A DNA stretch of 49,688 nt from Erysipelothrix sp. UBA3377. Its GTDB lineage: Bacteria; Bacillota_I; Bacilli_A; Erysipelotrichales; Erysipelotrichaceae. The stretch lies in contig DEQB01000035.1 in the NCBI GenBank assembly GCA_002359085.1, positions 1 through 49,688 on the forward strand, written 5' to 3'. Shown here piece after piece: positions 28,771-37,161 of this stretch (position 1 is its first letter; every line of letters begins with the position of its first letter). The notes below the pieces were generated by a model. That model was not told where the DNA came from and did not search any database. It saw nothing but the letters and a program-made list of their open reading frames with translations. The position numbers and the translations under genes were made by a program.

Positions 28771-29000
28771 AACAACCCCAAACGAGACTTCAATTCTTCA
28801 GAAGTCAACAAACTGGTCGTATCAGTATGGCGTGACATTGCTTCATCAAAAGTCAACGCATCCAGTTGATTTTTGATTTCATTCAGAGCACTCTCACGCA
28901 AAAATTCGGAGATACTGATGCCCTTTATCTCCGCAAAATTTCGTATTAAAGTGTTTTCTTTTTCATTAAGTCTTAATGAAACTGTATATTTCTCACTCAT
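28767..29000 (-). CDS. RHH-type antitoxin (RelB/DUF6290-like)
   Basis: TVSLRLNEKE...GISISEFLRESAL (ribbon-helix-helix) and C-terminal EELKSRLGL. Confidence 0.75.
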   Translation of the reverse strand: MSEKYTVSLRLNEKENTLIRNFAEIKGISISEFLRESALNEIKNQLDALTFDEAMSRHTDTTSLLTSEELKSRLGLL

Positions 29001-29024
29001 AGATACTCCCCATTTTGTAGTTCT

Positions 29025-29078
29025 ATTATATACAGCTTTGTATTACAAGTCAATACACAAGTATTACAATGTATTACA
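29025..29078 (-). promoter_or_regulatory. TA promoter with three TGTAATAC operator-like repeats
   Basis: TTGACT (29048-29053)-17bp-TATAAT (29025-29030). GTATTACA at 29040, 29061 and 29071. Confidence 0.75.
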
Positions 29079-29103
29079 CAATGGGTAAAAGAAAAGCTTG
29101 AAA

Positions 29104-30336
29104 TTAATCAAGCTTAATGTTTCCATCCACAATAATGTCAATTTCTTGACCGTCATATGTGATCCCAACTGCATGCATGTCTGCACTACCAAACATGAAG
29201 TCCTCATGTAAGATAGAATTATTGGCATGGTTGGCCTTTAGTGTTTCAGCATCCATTGCTGTACCACCCTTGATATTCATTGGATACGCTCTTCCTAAAG
29301 CCATGTGACACGATGCATTCTCGTCAAACAGCGTGTTGTAGAAAAGAATATTCAAATCCGAAATTGGAGATTCATGAGAAATTAATGCAATCTCACCAAG
29401 ACGACTACTTCCCTCATCTGTTTCTAAAAGGGACTTTAACGTATCTTTTTCCTTTTTCGCGTCATAATCAACCACTTTACCGTCTTCAAATCTCAACCAG
29501 AACTCATCAATCAGTTTTCCGTTATAGTTTAAAGGCTTCGTGCTATAGACGATACCATTCACGTTTTGACTATCAGGCATAGAGAAAGATTCTTCCGTAG
29601 GCATGTTGGGATTAAAGGTATAACCTCTACCAGAGATTTCAGCACCACCAGCCCATACGTGATCTTTAACGAGTCCCACTTCAATATTCGTTCCCAAACT
29701 ATTTTTAAAACGAATGGATTTGAAATTATGACGATTCAATACTTCGCTTTGATTACGCAAGACTTTATTATGCGCATCCCAAAGTGCAACAGGATCATCT
29801 TCACCATTAATTCTAACTGTGTACAGAATAGATTCCAATAGTTTTTCTTGACCTTTTTCGTCATCAAGTTCAGGGAACACAACGTTTGCCCACTCCTTAG
29901 TAGGAAGTGACACAAGTGACCATTGTCCTCTGTTAGCCATCATATACTCACGATAGTTTTTCAAAGCTTCACCACTGGCCTTGGATGCTGCGGCGATTTT
30001 TTCACCATCAATATCTTTTAAGATTCCAGGAGAAGGTGCATAAATACTCAAAATACAAAAGTCTTTTGAGATATAGTCATCATACTCATCAACGTTCCAT
30101 TGCGGAATGTCTGAAAGTGTTTCAATATCTTGATGTTCATAATGCATTTTTGAGATATGATCGTCACTAAATTTAACAATTACTTTTTTCGCACCTGCTT
30201 CGTATGCCTCATTAACACAAAGGCGGACAAACTCAACGTGTTCCGCCTTGGCTTGAATGAGTAGCGTTTGTCCATTTTGAACATTTACACCTGTACGAAT
30301 TGCAAGTTTCGCATACTGATTCAATTTGTTATTCAT
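29104..30336 (-). CDS. ampS: Aminopeptidase, family M29 (AmpS/PepS)
   Basis: Motifs PNMPTEE, LGEIAL, NTLFDENASCHMALGRAY and HEDFM. Confidence 0.93.
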   Translation of the reverse strand: MNNKLNQYAKLAIRTGVNVQNGQTLLIQAKAEHVEFVRLCVNEAYEAGAKKVIVKFSDDHISKMHYEHQDIETLSDIPQWNVDEYDDYISKDFCILSIYAPSPGILKDIDGEKIAAASKASGEALKNYREYMMANRGQWSLVSLPTKEWANVVFPELDDEKGQEKLLESILYTVRINGEDDPVALWDAHNKVLRNQSEVLNRHNFKSIRFKNSLGTNIEVGLVKDHVWAGGAEISGRGYTFNPNMPTEESFSMPDSQNVNGIVYSTKPLNYNGKLIDEFWLRFEDGKVVDYDAKKEKDTLKSLLETDEGSSRLGEIALISHESPISDLNILFYNTLFDENASCHMALGRAYPMNIKGGTAMDAETLKANHANNSILHEDFMFGSADMHAVGITYDGQEIDIIVDGNIKLD

Positions 30337-30338
30337 AG

Positions 30339-31238
30339 TTACTCCTTAACACCATTACAAAGCATGGCTGCCCCAATAACACCCGGTTCATCCAAGAGTG
30401 CCAATTCAAACTTTGTATTGCGCATACCGGGATGTACCAATGTATTGTATGTTTCAATAACTCTATTTAAATAGAGGTTTGCCGATTTAGAAACGCCACC
30501 ACCAATTACAAACACATGTGGTTCAACCACGTGTGCGATGGCAGATAGCATCATCGCAAAGTCAACAACCATTGTATCTATAATATCAACAGCGTCTTTA
30601 TTGCCTTCATTTGCAAGTTTAAAGATTTCATAAGCAGATTCAATATCTTCTGAAATTCTTTCTTTTGCTTGTCTTACCATTGCGCTACCTGAAGCCCAAT
30701 TCTCAACCGCACCTGCATTCAAGTGGTTGATTTTTGGACGATCACGATCAACAATAATGTTCGCAATTTCTCCCGCATAACCAAAGTTACCGGAAACGAC
30801 TTGACCGCGTACTACAAGAGCGCCCCCAATTCCAGTGGAATGGGTAATATAATAAACAATTTTTTCACCTTTACCAGCACCGACCATCGCTTCTGCAAGG
30901 CCTGCGACATTGGCGTCATTGTCCATAAATATTGGCAAGTTTAAACGTTCGTTTAAATATTTAACAACTGGAAAATAAGCGAAGTCCTTAATGTTTGTAC
31001 CCAAGGTAACATAACCATTTTCAGTATCAACTGGACCTGGAATACCCAAACCCACTCCCAGAACTTCATGCTTGTATTTAAGTTGATCAATCAAACTTAA
31101 AATGTTATCCAGAACAACTTCTGGACCTTGATCTGATAGGGAAGGACTTTTTACGTCCTCAAGGATTTCCCCCAATTCAGTTACAGTTGCAACTCTGACA
31201 TTGGTTCCCCCAAGGTCAATACCAATAAATTTTCTCAT
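30339..31238 (-). CDS. glcK: ROK family kinase (probable glucokinase)
   Basis: Motifs IGIDLGGT, NDANVAGLAE, STGIGG and VIGGGV. Downstream of pfkA-pyk. Confidence 0.8.
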   Translation of the reverse strand: MRKFIGIDLGGTNVRVATVTELGEILEDVKSPSLSDQGPEVVLDNILSLIDQLKYKHEVLGVGLGIPGPVDTENGYVTLGTNIKDFAYFPVVKYLNERLNLPIFMDNDANVAGLAEAMVGAGKGEKIVYYITHSTGIGGALVVRGQVVSGNFGYAGEIANIIVDRDRPKINHLNAGAVENWASGSAMVRQAKERISEDIESAYEIFKLANEGNKDAVDIIDTMVVDFAMMLSAIAHVVEPHVFVIGGGVSKSANLYLNRVIETYNTLVHPGMRNTKFELALLDEPGVIGAAMLCNGVKE

Positions 31239-31256
31239 ATCAGAATCCTTTCTCAA

Positions 31257-32684
31257 TTATTTAACTTCAATAATTTTCATGAAGTTGGTTGTACCTTTAC
31301 CTGAAGGATATCCAGCAGTAATGATAACTTTACGACCTGGTTTAATACCATAATCTTTCGCAATTTTTGAAGCCAACTCATCATCATTTGTCATTTTATT
31401 TCTAACATCTGAATAAATTGGAACCACACCCCAGTTTAAGGACAAGCTTCTTTGAACACGTTTATCAAATGTTACAGCCAAAATAGGAACAATTGGACGG
31501 TATTTTGAAATACGACGCGCTGTGTTTCCACTTTGTGTAAACGCAACAACAGCATCCACATCATCCATGTTCAAGCAAGTTTCAGCAACAGACATACCAA
31601 TGGAGTCTTGAGTTGTAGCATCAGAAGATTCGATTGACATATCAAGTCTTTCTCTAAATGGGAAAATATCTTGCATTGCTGTAGAAATGTTATACATTGT
31701 TTGAACCGCTTCAACTGGGTAGTTACCCACTGCAGTTTCACCTGACAACATGATTGCATCTGTACCATCAAGAACAGCGTTTGCAACGTCATTTGCTTCC
31801 GCACGTGTAGGACGTGGCGTTGTCATCATTGACTCAAGCATATGGGTTGCCGTAATAACTGGCTTACCAATTTTGTTTGCAACTTGAATGATATGTTTTT
31901 GGTAAATAGGAACCAAGTGAGCTGCAACTTCAACACCCAAGTCTCCACGTGCAACCATAACACCATCAGCAACTTGAAGAATTTCTTCAATATTGTCATA
32001 ACCTTCTTGGTTTTCAATTTTAACAATAATTTGAATGTCTTCACGACCTTCATCAATTAAAATATCTCTGATTTCAACAACATCACTTGCTCTTCTAACA
32101 AAAGAAGCTGCGATATAGTCAACATCATTCTTCGCTCCAAAACGAACGTCAGCATCATCTTTAACACTGATAAAAGGCATTGATAACTTAACACCTGGGA
32201 TGTTAACACCTTTACGTGTTTTGATCATACCTGGGTTTTCTACACGACAAATTAAATCTGTTTCATCCTTATCAACAACAGTAAGACGAACCTTACCATC
32301 ATCAATTAAAAGATAATCATCTTTACTAACATCTTTATGCACTTCAGGCACCAATAAACTAAAGCGTTCTTTGTTACCCACATAGTCAGCATCAAATCCT
32401 ACTTTTACGATATCGCCTTCATTAAAATGAACGCCACCATCAAGCATATCTGCACAACGAATTTCAGGACCTTTCGTATCCAATAGGATTGCCAAGTTAA
32501 TACCTGTTTCCTCGCTTGCTTTACGTACGTTATTCATACGTTTTAAATGATTTTCTTGTACATCATGTGAGAAGTTAAAACGCACTACGTTCATACCCTC
32601 TTTAGCCAATGTAGACAACATTTCAACTGATTCAGTTGCAGGTCCAATTGTACATACAATTTTTGTGTTTTTAATATGTTCCAT
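31257..32684 (-). CDS. pyk: Pyruvate kinase
   Basis: Motifs TKIVCTIGPA, DTKGPEIR, MVARGDLG, PTRAE and MLSGETA. Confidence 0.98.
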   Translation of the reverse strand: MEHIKNTKIVCTIGPATESVEMLSTLAKEGMNVVRFNFSHDVQENHLKRMNNVRKASEETGINLAILLDTKGPEIRCADMLDGGVHFNEGDIVKVGFDADYVGNKERFSLLVPEVHKDVSKDDYLLIDDGKVRLTVVDKDETDLICRVENPGMIKTRKGVNIPGVKLSMPFISVKDDADVRFGAKNDVDYIAASFVRRASDVVEIRDILIDEGREDIQIIVKIENQEGYDNIEEILQVADGVMVARGDLGVEVAAHLVPIYQKHIIQVANKIGKPVITATHMLESMMTTPRPTRAEANDVANAVLDGTDAIMLSGETAVGNYPVEAVQTMYNISTAMQDIFPFRERLDMSIESSDATTQDSIGMSVAETCLNMDDVDAVVAFTQSGNTARRISKYRPIVPILAVTFDKRVQRSLSLNWGVVPIYSDVRNKMTNDDELASKIAKDYGIKPGRKVIITAGYPSGKGTTNFMKIIEVK

Positions 32685-32696
32685 CTTTATTTCCTC

Positions 32697-33656
32697 CTAT
32701 ACCAATCTTCGATGTAACTCAAACAGATCTTTTCTAGACTGTTTTGTAACTGCCAATGCTTCGGTGATGTCCATTGTAATAAATTCATCACCAACCAAAC
32801 AAACACATACGTTTGTTTCTCCATTGATCAGCGCATTCAATGCGGTATCTCCATAACGCGTTCCCAAAATACGGTCACGAGCTGTAGGGGAACCCCCTCT
32901 TTGAATATGTCCTAATACGGTAGAACGACCTGAAAAAGCCGTGTTATTAGATATTTTTTGCGCCAACAACTCAACATCCGTAATCTTTTCAGATATCAAT
33001 ACGATAGAATGACGTTTCTGTTTACGAGCATCTATCTCACGTAGCCGTTGCAATACTTCACTTTCATCAAAGCCCGTTTCCTTGGTAATCACAATCTCAG
33101 CACCCACGGTCAAACCCGCATAAAGTGCCAAATCACCACAGCGATTACCCATAACCTCAACCACCGAACAACGATGGTGAGAAGCTGAAGTATCACGCAA
33201 CTTATCAACGTTTTCTATAATTGTATTCAACGCTGTGTCAAACCCAATTGTATACGAAGTTGAAGCAATATCATTATCAATGGTTGCAGGTACTGCAATA
33301 CAATTAATACCCATCGCAGAAAGCTCACGCGCACCACGATACGTACCATCTCCACCAATTACAACCAATCCTTCGATTCCCAAAGCATTCAGATTATCGA
33401 CGGCTTTTTGTCGAACTTCGACCAACTTAAACTCATCGAGTCGCGCAGATCCTAAAAGTGTACCACCCTTAATAATCATGCCACTGACATCGCTTCGCTC
33501 AAGTTTTCGAATATTGTTCTCGACAAGCCCCTGAAAACCATTGAAAATACCATAGATTTCAGCACCTTGAGAAAGTCCAGATCGAACCACAGCACGAATG
33601 GCTGCATTCATACCAGGAGCATCGCCTCCTGAAGTTAAAACACCAATCTTCTTCAT
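32697..33656 (-). CDS. pfkA: ATP-dependent 6-phosphofructokinase
   Basis: Motifs TSGGDAPGMN, GGDG, TIDND and LGHIQRGG. SD GAGGTG before ATG 33656. Confidence 0.98.
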   Translation of the reverse strand: MKKIGVLTSGGDAPGMNAAIRAVVRSGLSQGAEIYGIFNGFQGLVENNIRKLERSDVSGMIIKGGTLLGSARLDEFKLVEVRQKAVDNLNALGIEGLVVIGGDGTYRGARELSAMGINCIAVPATIDNDIASTSYTIGFDTALNTIIENVDKLRDTSASHHRCSVVEVMGNRCGDLALYAGLTVGAEIVITKETGFDESEVLQRLREIDARKQKRHSIVLISEKITDVELLAQKISNNTAFSGRSTVLGHIQRGGSPTARDRILGTRYGDTALNALINGETNVCVCLVGDEFITMDITEALAVTKQSRKDLFELHRRLV

Positions 33657-33718
33657 TTTCCACCTCATTGTATATCATACCACTATTTTGTTAACATTTA
33701 CACATGTAATCACTGATT

Positions 33719-34633
33719 TTACCGATTATGACGACGGTTTTTTCCAATAATTTCTAAAGGTTGTGCAATTGCGTAGATTCTATCCACAAAACGTTTTGAA
33801 CGCAACTTATCCACATTACCTTTTTGATCAATTGCGTAAAGCGTCTCCAACATATCCATTGGATAATTGCTCGTAAATAGTGTCTTACGATAATTTTCCA
33901 AACGATGATTCAAAAGCGGCAACAACACCTCATCACGACCCCATGTACTGATGGGTTCTGCACCCAAGTCATCAATAACCAACACATCCACAACTTTCAA
34001 ACGCTCCAAAGTGTAATCAACTTCATAACTCTTATTAAAATTACGTTTCAATTCACTGAGTAACTCCGCAACACTCACAAAAGCAACAGACTTCCCTTGT
34101 TTTGCAGCCCTATTGGTCACACAGGCTGCCAAATAACTTTTACCCACACCCAAATCACCATAGATGTAATATCCCAAAATATCATTGGAAAAAAACTGAG
34201 TCAAAGCTTCAAGAGATTCCTTATAACTCACCCCAAAAACACCCGTTTCAAAGCTCGCTTTCTGAAGACTTTTATTCAAAGGAAACAATTCATAAGCACC
34301 CAAATATTGTTTGGCCTGATACGCCTTTTGAGCCGACGCAATCATTTTATGTTCATCCAATAAAACCTTCGCAACGGAATCATACGTCAGATTAATATAC
34401 TCACCCAAATATGGATTCACATCCAACGCTTCTTGTGATAACTTATTCACGCGATCCAATGCCTCAAGCCAATCTTTAAAGCGATATAAATTTTCTTCAA
34501 CCACTTCAAAAGGACAATCATAATGTTCCATGAATCTCTGTATCGTTTTATTATTTCGCAGTGCTTCAACCAGACGTTCCTTATCCTTAATTTGAGCTTC
34601 TGATAACTCAAAATTAAACAAATTCGTATCCAT
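33719..34633 (-). CDS. dnaI: Primosomal helicase loader DnaI
   Basis: Motifs GDLGVGKS, LVIDDLGAE, WGRDEVL, TSN and GKNRR. Follows dnaB. Confidence 0.9.
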   Translation of the reverse strand: MDTNLFNFELSEAQIKDKERLVEALRNNKTIQRFMEHYDCPFEVVEENLYRFKDWLEALDRVNKLSQEALDVNPYLGEYINLTYDSVAKVLLDEHKMIASAQKAYQAKQYLGAYELFPLNKSLQKASFETGVFGVSYKESLEALTQFFSNDILGYYIYGDLGVGKSYLAACVTNRAAKQGKSVAFVSVAELLSELKRNFNKSYEVDYTLERLKVVDVLVIDDLGAEPISTWGRDEVLLPLLNHRLENYRKTLFTSNYPMDMLETLYAIDQKGNVDKLRSKRFVDRIYAIAQPLEIIGKNRRHNR

Positions 34634-35778
34634 TATTCATCCCCACTTTCCGACAACTTCATAATCCACTCACGGATTTCACGCGCTTCCTGTTCAGTAA
34701 TATCTTCACCTTCTTGATATGTTGGAACAGGCGCGACCTTATTCACTTTAGGTTTGCTTGTTTTTGACAGACTCAAATCTTGGATTGTCGCATTTTTCGC
34801 ATCCTGTAATGACTCCACTTTATTACGCTTCCAATTGGCCGCAATCTTTTCAACATACGATTTATTGAGATTGTTTTGATTGGTCTCCAACACAAACTCA
34901 AGCAATACATTAATTACCTGATTATTGAAACCAAAATTACGCGATAAAGATTGAATTAAATTACGATCCGCATCCACGACATACTCATACCCTTGTTTAT
35001 GACGCATAAAACTGATCGGATCCACATCATAAGGATTCTGCTGGTTCACCTTCATCTTACCCGCATGCTTCTCAACAGAGAACACAAATCCTTGCGTATT
35101 AAAATGCTTCGTATCAAAGTTACTGTTCTCAATCAAAATACGACGCATGGTAATCATATCAATATCATACGTTGAACCTGCTGCCTCAATAATCTGTTTC
35201 AGTTCCGCAGTACGCATCGCATAAGGGAAAATTGTATCCGAAATTTGATTAAAGAATAAATCCACATCAAAATGGGCCATCGATTTAACTTCACTTGATT
35301 TTTCAAATTGTTCCTCATAATGTTCATCCCAAATCGCCAACCTATTAGAATCAAAACGTTTCGTAATATTGCGACCAGAAATTGGAGAAACATCTTTTTG
35401 ATATCTCAAAATCGCACGTTTGTACGTTTCCTGCCCCACCACAAATGAATACAACCTCCCAAATATGGGGTGAGATATAAACTCATTGGGTGATAATGGC
35501 GGATGAACCACAAACTGATAATCATACTCATAATATGTCGTCAATAAATTCAATTGTTCAAGTTCTTCACGCTTTTGTGTGACTTCATCAATGGATTCAT
35601 TCAGAATACTCAATAAAGTTTTCGTATCCAAGACCAGTCCAAGTTTTCCATATTCATAAAGTGTCAAATAAAGAGACGTCGCATTAAAAGAGAAAACAGG
35701 TTGATACAAAAGCATCAACGTCTCCAAATTTTCTTGACTCAATTCAAAATCGACACGAATTCCAATTTTTTCAGACAT
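34633..35778 (-). CDS. dnaB: Replication initiation/membrane attachment protein DnaB (Bacillus-type)
   Basis: Motifs LLYQP, PLSPNEF, VINVLLEF and YVEKIAANW. coaE-dnaB-dnaI synteny. Confidence 0.85.
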   Translation of the reverse strand: MSEKIGIRVDFELSQENLETLMLLYQPVFSFNATSLYLTLYEYGKLGLVLDTKTLLSILNESIDEVTQKREELEQLNLLTTYYEYDYQFVVHPPLSPNEFISHPIFGRLYSFVVGQETYKRAILRYQKDVSPISGRNITKRFDSNRLAIWDEHYEEQFEKSSEVKSMAHFDVDLFFNQISDTIFPYAMRTAELKQIIEAAGSTYDIDMITMRRILIENSNFDTKHFNTQGFVFSVEKHAGKMKVNQQNPYDVDPISFMRHKQGYEYVVDADRNLIQSLSRNFGFNNQVINVLLEFVLETNQNNLNKSYVEKIAANWKRNKVESLQDAKNATIQDLSLSKTSKPKVNKVAPVPTYQEGEDITEQEAREIREWIMKLSESGDE

Positions 35779-36343
35779 CTTTTATCCTCCTCAACACCGT
35801 ATCCAATGCATCATATAAATACTCCAAATCATGATCATTATATATGACATAGTCAGCTTTCTGATTCTTAAAAGCACCCTCAAGTTGACGCGCTTCACGC
35901 TTCTTAATTTGATTCAAACTCAACCCACGATCCCCTAACCGTTGATAACGCACTGCCATTGATGCATCCACCGAAATTATGACATCAAATAAATCTTCCA
36001 TCTCTGCCTCAAACAATAACGGCACCTCCACAAATAATAAAGGGGCATTGTTTAATTGGAGTATGTCACTTCGAACCAAAGAAAAAACTTGTTGTTCAAG
36101 TAAAGCTAAAGTAAAAGAATCATTAAACACAATTTCGCTTAATGCTTTACGATTAACTGTCTCATCCTCATTCAAGATTTGGGTACCGAAAGTATCCATT
36201 AACCATGGATATAACTTTCCTTTTGGATCATAATAGCCATGCGTAAAAGTATCCGTATTGTAAACCGGATAACCTTGTGCTTTTAAATACGTGCTCACCG
36301 TTGATTTTCCTGCACCTATGGATCCGGTAATCGCTACTCTCAT
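35771..36343 (-). CDS. coaE: Dephospho-CoA kinase
   Basis: Motifs ITGSIGAGKST, VPLLFE and ADYVIYN. Confidence 0.95.
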   Translation of the reverse strand: MRVAITGSIGAGKSTVSTYLKAQGYPVYNTDTFTHGYYDPKGKLYPWLMDTFGTQILNEDETVNRKALSEIVFNDSFTLALLEQQVFSLVRSDILQLNNAPLLFVEVPLLFEAEMEDLFDVIISVDASMAVRYQRLGDRGLSLNQIKKREARQLEGAFKNQKADYVIYNDHDLEYLYDALDTVLRRIKDV

Positions 36344-37161
36344 TTTCTCACCCTTTGACATTTTTCACAATAGACACTGGTTCTTCCTGCAATTTTTGTT
36401 TTACTTAATAAAGTTTTACAATTCACACAAGGTTCTTGGTAACGCCCATAAGCATTCAAAACCAATTGGAACCTACCACTTACACCCAAACTAGAGGTAT
36501 AGGAACGAATGGTCGTACCCCCTGCCTCAATGGCTTGATTCAGAACAATGACTGTATTTTCAATGATACGCTTCAAGTCTTTATCGGATAATGTATTGGA
36601 AGTAGTGAGCGGATGAATCCGACTTAAAAATAAAATTTCATCAGCATAAATATTCCCAATACCCGTTATAACTGATTGATCCAACAGTAATGCTTTAATC
36701 GCAATCCTTCTGTTCTTTAATTTTTCCCTCAAGTAAGATACCGTCAACTTTGCATCAAAAGGTTCCAACCCAAGGTTTTTCTTCTCAAAATAAGCATTCA
36801 AATTATCAGTAATGGCCATTCTCGAAAATTTACGCGTATCCAAATAATGAACATGCGTACCATCAGCGATCAGCGTCAAATGCGTGTGCTTATTTTTCAA
36901 AGTTGGAGTTTCATAGAGATGAAACTTACCTTCCATCCTTAAATGAACGATCCAATATAACCCATTTGAAAACCCAAAAATAAGATATTTACCCCTTCTT
37001 TCAAACATTGTGAATGTCTGGTCTTTGAGTATCGATACATCAAACAAACTGTCCACTTCTAAAAGCGGTTTATAAAATAAACGTATCTCTTTGACTGTTT
37101 TCCCCATTAAATTATGAGCCAACACATTTTTTATCGTTTCAACCTCTGGTAGTTCTGGCAT
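36340..37161 (-). CDS. mutM: Formamidopyrimidine-DNA glycosylase
   Basis: Motifs PELPEVE, RRGKY, HLRMEG and GIGNIYADE. Zinc finger CxxC...CxxCQ. Confidence 0.97.
   Translation of the reverse strand: MPELPEVETIKNVLAHNLMGKTVKEIRLFYKPLLEVDSLFDVSILKDQTFTMFERRGKYLIFGFSNGLYWIVHLRMEGKFHLYETPTLKNKHTHLTLIADGTHVHYLDTRKFSRMAITDNLNAYFEKKNLGLEPFDAKLTVSYLREKLKNRRIAIKALLLDQSVITGIGNIYADEILFLSRIHPLTTSNTLSDKDLKRIIENTVIVLNQAIEAGGTTIRSYTSSLGVSGRFQLVLNAYGRYQEPCVNCKTLLSKTKIAGRTSVYCEKCQRVRK

Noticed and set aside
29039..29078. Short direct repeats as a CRISPR or iteron array
   Set aside because: The units are only 8-9 bp, with no spacers and no cas or rep gene. A TA operator explains them better.
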